A stretch of 64,000 bases of DNA from an uncultured Pelagibacteraceae bacterium (GTDB taxonomy: Bacteria; Pseudomonadota; Alphaproteobacteria; Pelagibacterales; Pelagibacteraceae), in assembly GCA_902530635.1 (NCBI GenBank), contig CACABC010000001.1, forward strand, positions 66,582 to 130,581. Reading direction: 5' to 3'. The translations under genes were made by a program, and so were the position numbers. Below the pieces are notes generated by a model, which saw only the letters and a program-made list of their open reading frames with translations, was not told the DNA's origin and made no database searches. Shown here piece by piece: positions 50,312 through 60,139 of this stretch (position 1 is the stretch's first letter; the number at the start of each line of letters is the position of its first letter).

Positions 50312-50572
50312 ATGAACACATCTTACGCGCTATTACTTGGATTAGTCATTTTTTTAATCCTATTTATATATTTTGTTTTCTTTTCAATGTCTTTAAGATT
50401 AGAAAAAAATGAGAACGAGGCTGAGATAGCAGTTAAAAGAAAATCTGTGCCATTTAGGTGGAAGGATTTAATTGACCCTAAAAATAAGAAAGTAGGTTTG
50501 ATTGATTTAGGGAACCATATTCTTATTGCAGGTATAGTACTTATAGGAATCTTTATTATTTCAAACGCTTAA
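50312..50572 (+). CDS. hypothetical 2-TM membrane protein leading the oxidase operon
   Basis: 86-aa ORF. Its stop is 2 nt before the subunit II start. Confidence 0.4.
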   Translation: MNTSYALLLGLVIFLILFIYFVFFSMSLRLEKNENEAEIAVKRKSVPFRWKDLIDPKNKKVGLIDLGNHILIAGIVLIGIFIISNA

Positions 50573-50574
50573 GA

Positions 50575-51411
50575 ATGATAGTAGCTCTTAGTATATTTTT
50601 AATTACAATCGGTTCAATCGCCTTTCATTTTTGGTCGCCTTGGTGGTGGACAGAAGTAGCTTCCAATTGGGGAAATATGGATGATACAATTCTCCTTACA
50701 TTCTGGATTACTGGGTTTGTATTTGTAGCAATATGTTTTTTTGTTGCATATTGTGTTTGGAAATTTAGTTACAACAAAGATAGAAGAGCAGAGTATAAGC
50801 CAGAAGATAAAAAACTAGAGAGCAAACTTACTTGGGCAACCGCAATTGGAGTTGCAGCTTTATTAGCTCCAGGATTAGTTGTTTGGAATCAATATGTTAC
50901 GGTACCAGAAAATGCATATAAAGTAGAGGTATTCGCTTACCAATGGGGATGGAAATATAGATTACCAGGAAAAGACGGAATATTAGGAAAAACAGATATT
51001 AAATATATTAATGATGACAATCCTTTTGGTTTGATTTTAGAGGACCCCAATGGAAAAGATGATTTATTAGTTGATGAACAAGAACTACATGTTCTTAAGG
51101 ATCGTCCAGTAAAATTTGAATTAAGAACTATTGATGTGTTGCATAATTTTTATGTACCTCAATTTAGAGGTAAAATGGATATGGTCCCTGGAATTGTAAC
51201 CTACTATTGGCTCACTCCAACAAGAGTTGGTGATTTTGAAGTTTTATGTGCAGAGTATTGCGGATCAGGTCATTACGCTATGCGAGGTAGAGTGATAGTT
51301 GATGAAAAGGGTGATTATAAGAAATGGGAAGCAAAACAGATAACTTTTGAGAAAATGTTGGCAAAAAACCAAAAAAACGACAATTTGCAACTAGTAAAAA
51401 AGGACAAATAA
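50575..51411 (+). CDS. cytochrome c oxidase subunit II (CuA)
   Basis: 278 aa, 2 TM. Complete CuA site HNFYVP...CAEYCGSGHYAM. Confidence 0.9.
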   Translation: MIVALSIFLITIGSIAFHFWSPWWWTEVASNWGNMDDTILLTFWITGFVFVAICFFVAYCVWKFSYNKDRRAEYKPEDKKLESKLTWATAIGVAALLAPGLVVWNQYVTVPENAYKVEVFAYQWGWKYRLPGKDGILGKTDIKYINDDNPFGLILEDPNGKDDLLVDEQELHVLKDRPVKFELRTIDVLHNFYVPQFRGKMDMVPGIVTYYWLTPTRVGDFEVLCAEYCGSGHYAMRGRVIVDEKGDYKKWEAKQITFEKMLAKNQKNDNLQLVKKDK

Positions 51412-51430
51412 ATTATAAAGATTTTAAATT

Positions 51431-53260
51431 ATGTCAGATGAATACGAACATAAATTAGAGGCAAAATCGGATTACGTTGGAGACGCTTCATCTGTATCGA
51501 CACCAGATATTGATGCTGTTCCAGCCGCTGAACTACCAGATCAAGAGCTTTATCATTCACATAGTTGGTGGACAACTTATGTATTTTCACAGGATGCTAA
51601 ATATATTGGAATTCAATATGCATTAACTGCAGTCGGAACTGGTCTTTTAGGTTTAGTACTATCTTGGTTAATGAGAATTCAACTAGCATTTCCAGGTCTT
51701 GGATGGTTAGATCCAGCATCATATTATCAATTCGTTACTATGCATGGAATGATAATGGTCGTGTATTTATTAACGGCATTATTTTTAGGCGGATTTGGAA
51801 ATTTATTAATACCACTTATGTGTGGTGCTAGAGATATGGCCTTTCCATACGTAAACATGTTAAGCTATTGGGCATTTGTTGTTGCCGTTTTAGTTTTACT
51901 AGCTAGCTTTTTTGTTCCTGGAGGTCCTACAGGAGCGGGTTGGACGCTATATCCTCCACAAGCAATCACCGCCGGTACACCAGGAAGTGATATGGGTATT
52001 ATTTTAATGTTAATTTCACTAATACTTTTCGTAGCCGGTTTTACAATGGGGGGATTAAATTACATTATAACTGTACTGCAATTGAGAGCTAGAGGAATGA
52101 CATTAATGAGATTGCCCCTAACAATTTGGGGAATTTTTACAGCAACTGTACTTGCAATGTTTGCTTTTCCAGCATTGTTAGTTGGTTGTTTAATGATGAC
52201 GCTAGATAGTTTACTTGGAACAAGTTTTTTTATGCCTGCAATGGTATCCTTAGGAGAAACATTAACCCATGAGGGGGGAAGTCCAATTTTATTCCAACAC
52301 TTATTTTGGTTTTTTGGCCATCCCGAGGTTTATATTGTTGCTTTACCTGCTTTTGGAATTGTTTCAGATTTACTTTCAGTTCATTCAAGAAAAACAATTT
52401 TTGGTTACAGAATGATGGTTTGGGCAATTGTTGGAATTGGTGCTCTAAGCTTTTTCGTTTGGGCTCACCACATGTATGTTAGCGGAATGAACCCTTGGTT
52501 TGGGTTCTTTTTTGCAACCACAACATTAATTATTGCAGTTCCCACAGCCGTTAAAGTTTACAATTGGATACTAACTTTATGGAGAGGAAATATCCAACTA
52601 TCGTTACCAATGTTGTTTTCATTAGGTTTTATAGTTACATTCTTAAATGGTGGTTTGACTGGATTATTTTTAGGAAATGTAACAGTGGACGTTCCTTTAT
52701 CTGACACCTATTTTGTGGTTGCTCATTTCCATATGGTTATGGGTATCGCGCCTCTACTAGTAATTTTTGGTGCGATTTATCACTGGTATCCATTAATAAC
52801 TGGCAGGATGATGAATGAAACTTTAGGAAAGATTCACTTTTGGATAACTTTTATAGGATCGTATGCAATTTATTTTCCAATGCACTATCAAGGGTTTGTA
52901 GGAGTTCCAAGAAGATATTTTGAAATCTACGATAGTCCATACATCGATACATCAACATTGCTTTTAAATAAATTTATAACTATTGCGGTTTTAATAGTTG
53001 GTGCTGCACAATTATTGTTTTTGTACAACTTAATTGTGAGTGCGCGACTAGGAAGGAAATCAGAAAAAAATCCTTGGAAAGCTAATTCGTTAGAATGGCA
53101 AACACCACAAATGCCACCAGAGCATGGTAATTGGGGAAAGGAACTTCCAAAAGTTTACAGATGGCCTTACGATTTTAGTGTTCCTGGAGCTAAAGAAGAT
53201 TATATTCCGCAAAACCAACCTCCAAGCGAGATAATAGGAGCGAAAGTTGAGAAAACGTGA
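51431..53260 (+). CDS. cytochrome c oxidase subunit I (A1-type heme-copper oxidase)
   Basis: 609 aa. WFFGHPEVY (Glu of the D-channel), WAHHMY, HFH motifs. Confidence 0.97.
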   Translation: MSDEYEHKLEAKSDYVGDASSVSTPDIDAVPAAELPDQELYHSHSWWTTYVFSQDAKYIGIQYALTAVGTGLLGLVLSWLMRIQLAFPGLGWLDPASYYQFVTMHGMIMVVYLLTALFLGGFGNLLIPLMCGARDMAFPYVNMLSYWAFVVAVLVLLASFFVPGGPTGAGWTLYPPQAITAGTPGSDMGIILMLISLILFVAGFTMGGLNYIITVLQLRARGMTLMRLPLTIWGIFTATVLAMFAFPALLVGCLMMTLDSLLGTSFFMPAMVSLGETLTHEGGSPILFQHLFWFFGHPEVYIVALPAFGIVSDLLSVHSRKTIFGYRMMVWAIVGIGALSFFVWAHHMYVSGMNPWFGFFFATTTLIIAVPTAVKVYNWILTLWRGNIQLSLPMLFSLGFIVTFLNGGLTGLFLGNVTVDVPLSDTYFVVAHFHMVMGIAPLLVIFGAIYHWYPLITGRMMNETLGKIHFWITFIGSYAIYFPMHYQGFVGVPRRYFEIYDSPYIDTSTLLLNKFITIAVLIVGAAQLLFLYNLIVSARLGRKSEKNPWKANSLEWQTPQMPPEHGNWGKELPKVYRWPYDFSVPGAKEDYIPQNQPPSEIIGAKVEKT

Positions 53261-53889
53261 TCAAAAAAAAAAGTATTTTTCAATTACTAACTGAAAAGCC
53301 CTGGGAAAAAGATCAAATAGAGGCGGATAACCAACACGAAGGTAAAACAGTAAATCTAAGCAAACAGAAGTTAGGTCTTAGAACAATAATGGCTGCCAGT
53401 ACAGTTTTATTCTCACTATTTATAGTGGCCTATTCTGATCGTATGCTTATAAGCGATTGGAAAAATATGCCAGAACCATGGTTGCTTTGGCTTAATACTG
53501 GAATTCTAATAATAAGTAGCTTGGTTTTCCATATGACAACAAAATATGCTGAAAAAGATATTTTTGATAAAACAAAAAACGGTTTATACTTTATTGGTTT
53601 TCTTGCCTATTCTTTTTTGATCGGACAGCTTATAGTTTGGTATCAACTCATGAATACTGGCTATTACGCTACGAGTAACGTAGCCAATTCTTTTTTCTAT
53701 TTATTTACAACAATTCATGGTCTTCATATAGTCGGAGGAATATATTTCTGGGGTAAAACAACTTCAAAATTTATTAAAAAAAGTTTAAAAAAAGAAGAGA
53801 TTAATAATTTAATTGATACTTGCGCCGTATATTGGCACTTTTTATTAGCTGTTTGGATAGTACTTTTTGGATTAATGTTATCAACTTAA
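53257..53889 (+). CDS. cytochrome c oxidase subunit III-like protein (CoxO-like)
   Basis: 210 aa. COX3-family motifs TIHGLHIVGG and YWHFLLAVW. GTG start overlaps the subunit I stop (GTGA). Confidence 0.7.
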   Translation: MIKKKSIFQLLTEKPWEKDQIEADNQHEGKTVNLSKQKLGLRTIMAASTVLFSLFIVAYSDRMLISDWKNMPEPWLLWLNTGILIISSLVFHMTTKYAEKDIFDKTKNGLYFIGFLAYSFLIGQLIVWYQLMNTGYYATSNVANSFFYLFTTIHGLHIVGGIYFWGKTTSKFIKKSLKKEEINNLIDTCAVYWHFLLAVWIVLFGLMLST

Positions 53890-53901
53890 GGAATATTAAT
53901 T

Positions 53902-54606
53902 ATGTCTGACTCATCATTGCAAAATCTTCCCAAAGGTTGGAAAAGTGTTCCAAATGATCTTGGTTCAGATCAGACAGCTTTCAAAGGAGTTCAGTGGGGT
54001 AAGGCAATGATGTGGATTTTCCTTTTAAGTGACACCTTTATTTTTAGTTGTTTTTTAATTTCTTATATGAAAGGTAGGGCATCAACAGTTGTTGATTGGC
54101 CGAATACAAGCGAAGTATTTTCCCTTGATTTTATGGGAGTACCAGTACCTTTACTTCTGATTGCTATAATGACTTTCGTGCTTATTACTAGCAGCGGAAC
54201 AATGGCGCTTGCCGTAAAGTACGGTTATGAAAAAAATAGAAAAATGTGTGGCTGGCTTATTCTTGCAACCGCAATTGGTGGGCTAACCTTTGTAGGTATG
54301 CAAGCATACGAATGGTCTAAGTTAATACACGAGGGAGTCAGACCTTGGTCAAACCCTTTTGGCGCAGCGCAATTTGGATCTTATTTTTTCATGATAACCG
54401 GTTTTCATGGTACCCATGTTTCAATAGGAGTTATATTTTTATTTATTTTTGCAAGGAAGGTATTTAGAGGTGATTTTGATAAAGGAAAAAGAGGGTTTTT
54501 TACAACAATGAAATCAGACTATGTTTCTATCGAAATATTAGGACTTTATTGGCACTTTGTTGATTTAGTTTGGGTTTTTATATTTGCTTTCTTCTATCTT
54601 TGGTAA
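53902..54606 (+). CDS. cytochrome c oxidase subunit III (CoxP-like)
   Basis: 234 aa. GFHGTHVSIGV and YWHFVDLVWVF motifs. Confidence 0.85.
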   Translation: MSDSSLQNLPKGWKSVPNDLGSDQTAFKGVQWGKAMMWIFLLSDTFIFSCFLISYMKGRASTVVDWPNTSEVFSLDFMGVPVPLLLIAIMTFVLITSSGTMALAVKYGYEKNRKMCGWLILATAIGGLTFVGMQAYEWSKLIHEGVRPWSNPFGAAQFGSYFFMITGFHGTHVSIGVIFLFIFARKVFRGDFDKGKRGFFTTMKSDYVSIEILGLYWHFVDLVWVFIFAFFYLW

Positions 54607-54615
54607 GGTGATATT

Positions 54616-54966
54616 ATGAGTGAAAATTTAGAAATAAATAAAAATAAACAGAAACAAGAAACAACTCACAAAATTGGAATATATCTTTGGATTTGGGGCC
54701 TTTTGTTTGTTCTAAGTTTTTTTTCTTACATGGTTGACTGGTATCAATTTCAAGGTTTATTGAGATGGTCACTAATTTTATTTTTTATGTTCCTGAAAGC
54801 TGGTTTAATTATGGCTTTCTTTATGCACCTTTTTTGGGAACGATACACTCTTGTGAATGTTTTGTTATGGCCAATGACAGCAATAGCATGTTTTGTTGGA
54901 TTGATGGTTGCTGAGGGGAAATATACTGTTTTCACAAGATTTATTTATTTTGTTTTAGGTGAATAA
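54616..54966 (+). CDS. prokaryotic cytochrome oxidase subunit IV-like protein
   Basis: 116 aa, 3 TM. Position and size match the CyoD/CoxIV-type small subunit. Confidence 0.55.
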   Translation: MSENLEINKNKQKQETTHKIGIYLWIWGLLFVLSFFSYMVDWYQFQGLLRWSLILFFMFLKAGLIMAFFMHLFWERYTLVNVLLWPMTAIACFVGLMVAEGKYTVFTRFIYFVLGE

Positions 54967-54983
54967 TTAAAATAGGATCTTAA

Positions 54984-55898
54984 TTGTTAAATACTCATAC
55001 CAAAACTGGAGAGTTTAAATTTGATAGCATTCATTATGCCAAGGCTTTATTTGAATTAATGAAGCCAAGAGTCATGTCTCTTGCCATCTTCACCTGTGTA
55101 GTTGGTTTTTTAATTGCTCCTTTTAAAAGTGTTGATCATTTATATGCAATATTATCAATTACTGCAGTTGCTCTTGGATCTGGTGCTGCTGGCTCATTAA
55201 ATTGTTGGTATGAAGCTGATATTGATAAAGTAATGTCTAGGACATGCTTGAGGCCAATTCCAACTGGGAAATTAACCAAAAAAGAGGCACTAATTTTTGG
55301 GGTGCTATCCTCTTTCATTTCTGTAGGAGCTTTGTATTTTTTTTCAAATCTTATGGCAGCTTCTTTACTTGCCTTAACAATTTTATTTTATGTTTTTGTT
55401 TATACTATTTGGCTTAAAAGAAAGACCCCACAAAATATAGTGATCGGAGGAGCGGCTGGGGCTCTACCCCCTGTAATTGGGTGGGCAATAGCGACTGGAA
55501 GTATCTCAGTTGAGCCAATTATTTTATTTCTTATAATTTTTGTTTGGACACCATCTCATTTTTGGGCCCTGAGTCTTTTTAAATCTGAAGATTACAAAAA
55601 GGCAAATATTCCAATGTTACCCGTCACATCCGGTGTAGAAACAACAAAAAAAAATATATTTGTTTATTCAATTTTGTTATTTCCAGTGGCAATTGCTCCA
55701 TACTATTTAGAATTTTTAGGACTTATATATCTATTATTTTCCTTTCCATTAAGTGCATACTATATTTTTATTTGTTTTAAACTTCTAAAGACAAAAGAAA
55801 AAAAAACTGAAAAAAGTATTTCTAAACAAATATTTGCTTTTTCAATTCTCTATCTATTTGCAATTTTTATATCAATTTTAGTGGATAAATTTGCTTAA
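54984..55898 (+). CDS. ctaB: protoheme IX farnesyltransferase (heme O synthase)
   Basis: 304 aa UbiA-family protein. LMKPRV start region, RTCLRPIPTG, WTPSHFWAL. TTG start. Confidence 0.9.
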   Translation: MLNTHTKTGEFKFDSIHYAKALFELMKPRVMSLAIFTCVVGFLIAPFKSVDHLYAILSITAVALGSGAAGSLNCWYEADIDKVMSRTCLRPIPTGKLTKKEALIFGVLSSFISVGALYFFSNLMAASLLALTILFYVFVYTIWLKRKTPQNIVIGGAAGALPPVIGWAIATGSISVEPIILFLIIFVWTPSHFWALSLFKSEDYKKANIPMLPVTSGVETTKKNIFVYSILLFPVAIAPYYLEFLGLIYLLFSFPLSAYYIFICFKLLKTKEKKTEKSISKQIFAFSILYLFAIFISILVDKFA

Positions 55899-56328
55899 AA
55901 ATAAAAAAATAATTTTTTTAGTATTCAGCTTTCTAGTTTTAACTATAATTTTTTCTTTTGCATTTTTAGAAAACAAAAAAAATACTAACAAAAAAATTTC
56001 AGCTAAATTAATAACAAGTGTTCATAAAGATTTACCATTAAAATTTGATTCAGAACAGAAAAATGTTATTTTAGAGCCAGGTGAGATTAAAACAATAAAT
56101 TATTCTGTTGAAAATTTAGGTGAAAAAAGTGTTTCGGCAATGGCCACCTTTCAGGTTTATCCTGCTGAACTGAAAGATTACATGACTAAAATGAACTGTT
56201 TTTGTTACGAGAAGCAAACTTTAAAAGCAGGAGAGAAACAAAAATACGCGTTAGTTTTATTAGTTGACCCTAATGTGACAAAGAATATAAAAGAGGCTAT
56301 AATTCAATTTGTATATTTTAAAAAATGA
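55891..56328 (+). CDS. ctaG: cytochrome c oxidase assembly protein CtaG/Cox11
   Basis: 145 aa. N-terminal TM and the CFCYEKQTL...GE...VDP copper-site motif. TTG start. Confidence 0.8.
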   Translation: MLKNKKIIFLVFSFLVLTIIFSFAFLENKKNTNKKISAKLITSVHKDLPLKFDSEQKNVILEPGEIKTINYSVENLGEKSVSAMATFQVYPAELKDYMTKMNCFCYEKQTLKAGEKQKYALVLLVDPNVTKNIKEAIIQFVYFKK

Positions 56329-56498
56329 TTATTGATATTTCAAACCCCGAAACACTTAAAATGTGTGCAGTATGTATTTCAGAAACATCAGGAGGTCAAT
56401 TAGCTTTATTAATTATTGTAGCCTCACTCACTCTTGTAGGATTACTCAATAGATCTTGGAAGAAAAACTTTAAAAAAGAAGCAAAATCATCAAGCTAG
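56325..56498 (+). CDS. hypothetical 57-aa CxxC membrane peptide (not in ORF track)
   Basis: Hand-translated: MIIDISNPETLKMCAVCISETSGGQLALLIIVASLTLVGLLNRSWKKNFKKEAKSSS. Its ATG overlaps the ctaG stop (ATGA) and its TAG overlaps the thrC GTG start. Confidence 0.35.
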   Translation: MIIDISNPETLKMCAVCISETSGGQLALLIIVASLTLVGLLNRSWKKNFKKEAKSSS

Positions 56499-57874
56499 TG
56501 GAATACATAAGCACAAGGAATAAAAATCTAAAATACAACTTTAAGGAAATTTTTTTGAGAGGTTTAGCTCCTGATGGAGGACTTTTCATTCCTAAAAAAA
56601 TTAAAAAGTATAATGAAGATGAAATTAAAAAATTGGGCGTCCTGAGTTACATTGATCTTGCAACAGAAATAATATTTAATTTTTGCTCACCAAGTTTAGA
56701 AAAAAATCAACTTAAAAATCTTATTAAAAAATCTTACAAAAATTTTTCATCTGAAGAAGTTATTAAATTAAAGAAGTTCAAAGATTTAAATTTAATAGAG
56801 CTTTATCATGGACCCACGTTAGCATTCAAAGATATAGCGATGCAAGTTCTAGGAAATATGTATGATGAATTTAATATTTCTTCAAATAAAAAAATAAATA
56901 TAGTGGTTGCTACTTCTGGAGATACAGGATCAGCAGCTATTGCGGCGTTAAATGATAGAAAAAATATAAATGTATTTGTTTTACATCCGCATAACAAAAT
57001 TTCTAATATACAAAGAAAAATTATGACAACTATTGGATCTAACAATATTCATAATATAGCAATCAAAGGAACATTTGATGATTGTCAAAAACTTGTCAAA
57101 GAAATGTTTTCCGAAAATACATTTAGAGAAAAAATTAATATGTCAGGTGTAAATTCTATAAATTGGGCAAGGATAATTTGTCAGATAGTTTACTATTTTT
57201 ATTCTTATTTTAAGCTTCAAAGTAAAAAAGTTAGTTTTGCGGTACCAACTGGTAATTTTGGAGATGTCTTTGCTGGATATGTAGCAAAAAAAATGGGACT
57301 ACCAATTGAAAAGTTAATAGTTGCTACAAATGAAAATGATATTTTAGAGAGAGTTATAAATACAGGTGAATACAAACCAACTGAAGTAAAACCATCCTTG
57401 TCTCCAAGTATGGATGTTCAGATATCAAGTAATTTTGAAAGACTGCTTTTTGATGTGCTCAATGAGGATGATAAACAAGTATCAATTTTAATGAACAATT
57501 TAAAGTCAAAAGGATCATTTTTATTAAATAAAGAACAGCTAGCAATTATAAAAAAAGATTTCAGTGCTAAAAAAATAAACGATAAGCAAACTATCGAAAT
57601 AATAAAAAATTTTTCAAAAGATCATAATTTTATACTAGACCCTCATACTGCAACTGCAGTGGGAGCTTCCAAAGTGTTAAAAGATGATTCTGAAATTTTA
57701 ATTTTGGGCACAGCTCATCCTTATAAATTTTTAGAAACAATTAAAATTGCAACATCTCAGGAGGTAAAGACTCCAAAACAAATAGCGCATTTGGTAGATA
57801 AAAAAGAAAATTATGATATTTTGGAAAATAAAATAAACGACATAAAAAATTATATATTAGGCAAAATATCATGA
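56498..57874 (+). CDS. thrC: threonine synthase
   Basis: 458 aa. YISTR start, HGPTLAFKD PLP-lysine motif, ATSGDTGSAA. Confidence 0.9.
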   Translation: MEYISTRNKNLKYNFKEIFLRGLAPDGGLFIPKKIKKYNEDEIKKLGVLSYIDLATEIIFNFCSPSLEKNQLKNLIKKSYKNFSSEEVIKLKKFKDLNLIELYHGPTLAFKDIAMQVLGNMYDEFNISSNKKINIVVATSGDTGSAAIAALNDRKNINVFVLHPHNKISNIQRKIMTTIGSNNIHNIAIKGTFDDCQKLVKEMFSENTFREKINMSGVNSINWARIICQIVYYFYSYFKLQSKKVSFAVPTGNFGDVFAGYVAKKMGLPIEKLIVATNENDILERVINTGEYKPTEVKPSLSPSMDVQISSNFERLLFDVLNEDDKQVSILMNNLKSKGSFLLNKEQLAIIKKDFSAKKINDKQTIEIIKNFSKDHNFILDPHTATAVGASKVLKDDSEILILGTAHPYKFLETIKIATSQEVKTPKQIAHLVDKKENYDILENKINDIKNYILGKIS

Positions 57875-58359
57875 AAATTAAACCTGGTGATAAATTACCT
57901 CAAAGTGATTTTTTTCATTTAGATAATAAGAACGAGGTTAAAAAAATTTCAACAAGTGATTTATTTAAGGCTCAAAAAATAATACTTTTAGGTATGCCTG
58001 GAGCTTTTACAAAAACTTGTTCAGCAGTTCATTTACCAGGGTATGTAAAAAACTATGAATTAGCATTAAAAAAAGGAATTAAAAAAATAGTCTGTATAGC
58101 TGTTAATGATCCAAATGTAATGAAAGCCTGGGGTCAAAATCAAAAGGTAGGTAATAAAATATTAATGGTTGGAGATCCATTTTGCAAATTTACAAAAGCT
58201 ATTGGCGCAGAAGTAGATAAGTCAGCAAAAGGTTTAGGAATTAGATCGAATAGATATACAATGTTATTAGAAGATGGAGTTGTAAAAAAAATCGAGGAAG
58301 AAAAAGAAACCGCAACTTGTGAACTATCTGCAGCAGAAAGTTTTTTAAATAGAATTTAA
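57871..58359 (+). CDS. peroxiredoxin (Prx5-type)
   Basis: 162 aa. PGAFTKTCS peroxidatic Cys motif. Confidence 0.85.
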   Translation: MKIKPGDKLPQSDFFHLDNKNEVKKISTSDLFKAQKIILLGMPGAFTKTCSAVHLPGYVKNYELALKKGIKKIVCIAVNDPNVMKAWGQNQKVGNKILMVGDPFCKFTKAIGAEVDKSAKGLGIRSNRYTMLLEDGVVKKIEEEKETATCELSAAESFLNRI

Positions 58360-58740
58360 TTATTTTGTAGGAAGTTGACTATTTTTCCAACCAATTTTTT
58401 CCCCACCGTCACCTCTAAAACCATCAGAAACATTTGAGCATTTAAAACCTTTTTCAGTTAATAATTCCGCTGCTCTCTGAGATCTATTACCTGAACCACA
58501 TATTACAAGAATCTCAAAATTTTTATCAATTTTAAAATTTTCAAATTCTTTTATAAAATTTTCATTAATAATTCTTCCTTGAAATTGAGATGATAAAAAA
58601 TATGTTTTAATCCCTATTTTATCACCATCGGGCTTTCCTATTTGATCCCACTCTTCTTTTGTTCTTACATCTAGCAAAATACTTTTCGGATTCTCTTTTA
58701 TAAAGTCTTTAATTTTACTACTTGGAATTTGTTTAATCAT
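58360..58740 (-). CDS. rhodanese-domain sulfurtransferase
   Basis: 126 aa. LLDVRT..EW and the active-site loop CGSGNRS. Confidence 0.75.
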   Translation of the reverse strand: MIKQIPSSKIKDFIKENPKSILLDVRTKEEWDQIGKPDGDKIGIKTYFLSSQFQGRIINENFIKEFENFKIDKNFEILVICGSGNRSQRAAELLTEKGFKCSNVSDGFRGDGGEKIGWKNSQLPTK

Positions 58741-59169
58741 TTATCTTTTTATAGCTTCTTGTGCGAGTTCATCAACCATATTATTATATTTATTTTGAGA
58801 ATGTCCTTTGACCCAAATCCATTTAATAGAATGTTTTGAAGACAAATCATTTAATTTTTTCCATAGCTCTTTATTTTTAACGGGTTTTTTTGATGCTGTT
58901 TTCCATCCATTTTTTTCCCATTTTTTTATCCACATTGTTATTCCATCCTTAACATAAGTTGAATCTGTATAAATTGAAATTTCTGATTTTTTTTTAAATT
59001 TTTGAATTGCTTTAATTGGGGCCAAAAGTTCCATTTTATTATTTGTTGTAACATTTTCACTTCCCGAAATTTCATTTTCAATTTTGTCATCTACTAGTAT
59101 TATCGCTGCCCAACCACCTGGACCAGGATTTCCAGAGCACGCGCCGTCTGTATATATTTTGTATTTCAT
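58741..59169 (-). CDS. rnhA: ribonuclease HI
   Basis: 142 aa. YTDGACSGNPGPGGW, NNKMEL, TDS.Y and the HSQNKYNNMVDELA motif. Confidence 0.9.
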   Translation of the reverse strand: MKYKIYTDGACSGNPGPGGWAAIILVDDKIENEISGSENVTTNNKMELLAPIKAIQKFKKKSEISIYTDSTYVKDGITMWIKKWEKNGWKTASKKPVKNKELWKKLNDLSSKHSIKWIWVKGHSQNKYNNMVDELAQEAIKR

Positions 59170-59170
59170 A

Positions 59171-60139
59171 TTAAATTAAATAATCCTCAAAACTTCTTGC
59201 ATTCTTATGAAATTCAAGCCTTTTTAGATATTCCTCAGGATCTTTTATTTTCACAACTGCATTATCAACTGTATTTATATAATCAAAAACTCTTGTTAAA
59301 AGAAATCTTAGAGCAGCACCTTGTGAAAGGACTTTTATTGCAATCTTTTCTTCTTTAGATATTTTTCTAACCTCATTATATCCTTCCATTAGTTTTTTTG
59401 CTTTAGTTACATTAAAACTTAAATTTTGTTTAACTCCATCAAAGCAAAGGGCATTAAAACATATTGCAATTTCAAAAGCATAAAAATCATTACATGAAAA
59501 ATAAAAATCAATAAATCCGGAAAATTTATTGTTTTTAAAAAAAATATTATCACTAAATAAATCTGCATGAATAATTCCAGCAGGTAAATTCTTTGGCCAC
59601 TCTTTTTCGATACTTATTAAATTTGCCTCAATTAGCTTTGGTAAATCTAAATGAATTTTAGTACATTTATCTTTTACTTGTGAAAATATATTTCTCCAAG
59701 ATTTTACTGATAGATCATTTTTTCTTTCTATTTTAAAATTTTTTGTAATTTTATGCAATTTAGCAATTTGGTTTCCAACAATTTTACACTCTGATGGAGA
59801 TAGATTGTTTTTAGACTTGCCATCTAAAAAACTTACAATCATAAACTTTTTATTATTAATATCTGATATGTAATTATTATCTTTGTTTGATATTGGCTTT
59901 GGACACATAAAACCATTTTTACTGAGTTCAAACATCAAATTCGAAAAAAAAGGTAAATCCGTCTCTTTAACTCTTCTCTCATAAATTGTTAAAACATATT
60001 TACCTTTTTCAGTTTCAATAGAGTAATTAGTATTTTCAATACCTTCTTTTATCCCTTCAAATCTTTTGAGTTTTCCTAATTTATAATTTGATAAAATATT
60101 TTCTATCTCTTTACCGTCTAATTTTGTATATACAGCCAT
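59171..60139 (-). CDS. thrB: homoserine kinase, type II (aminoglycoside-phosphotransferase fold)
   Basis: 322 aa. N-terminal GIENTNY motif, HADLFSDNIFF catalytic loop, IDFYF. Confidence 0.75.
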   Translation of the reverse strand: MAVYTKLDGKEIENILSNYKLGKLKRFEGIKEGIENTNYSIETEKGKYVLTIYERRVKETDLPFFSNLMFELSKNGFMCPKPISNKDNNYISDINNKKFMIVSFLDGKSKNNLSPSECKIVGNQIAKLHKITKNFKIERKNDLSVKSWRNIFSQVKDKCTKIHLDLPKLIEANLISIEKEWPKNLPAGIIHADLFSDNIFFKNNKFSGFIDFYFSCNDFYAFEIAICFNALCFDGVKQNLSFNVTKAKKLMEGYNEVRKISKEEKIAIKVLSQGAALRFLLTRVFDYINTVDNAVVKIKDPEEYLKRLEFHKNARSFEDYLI

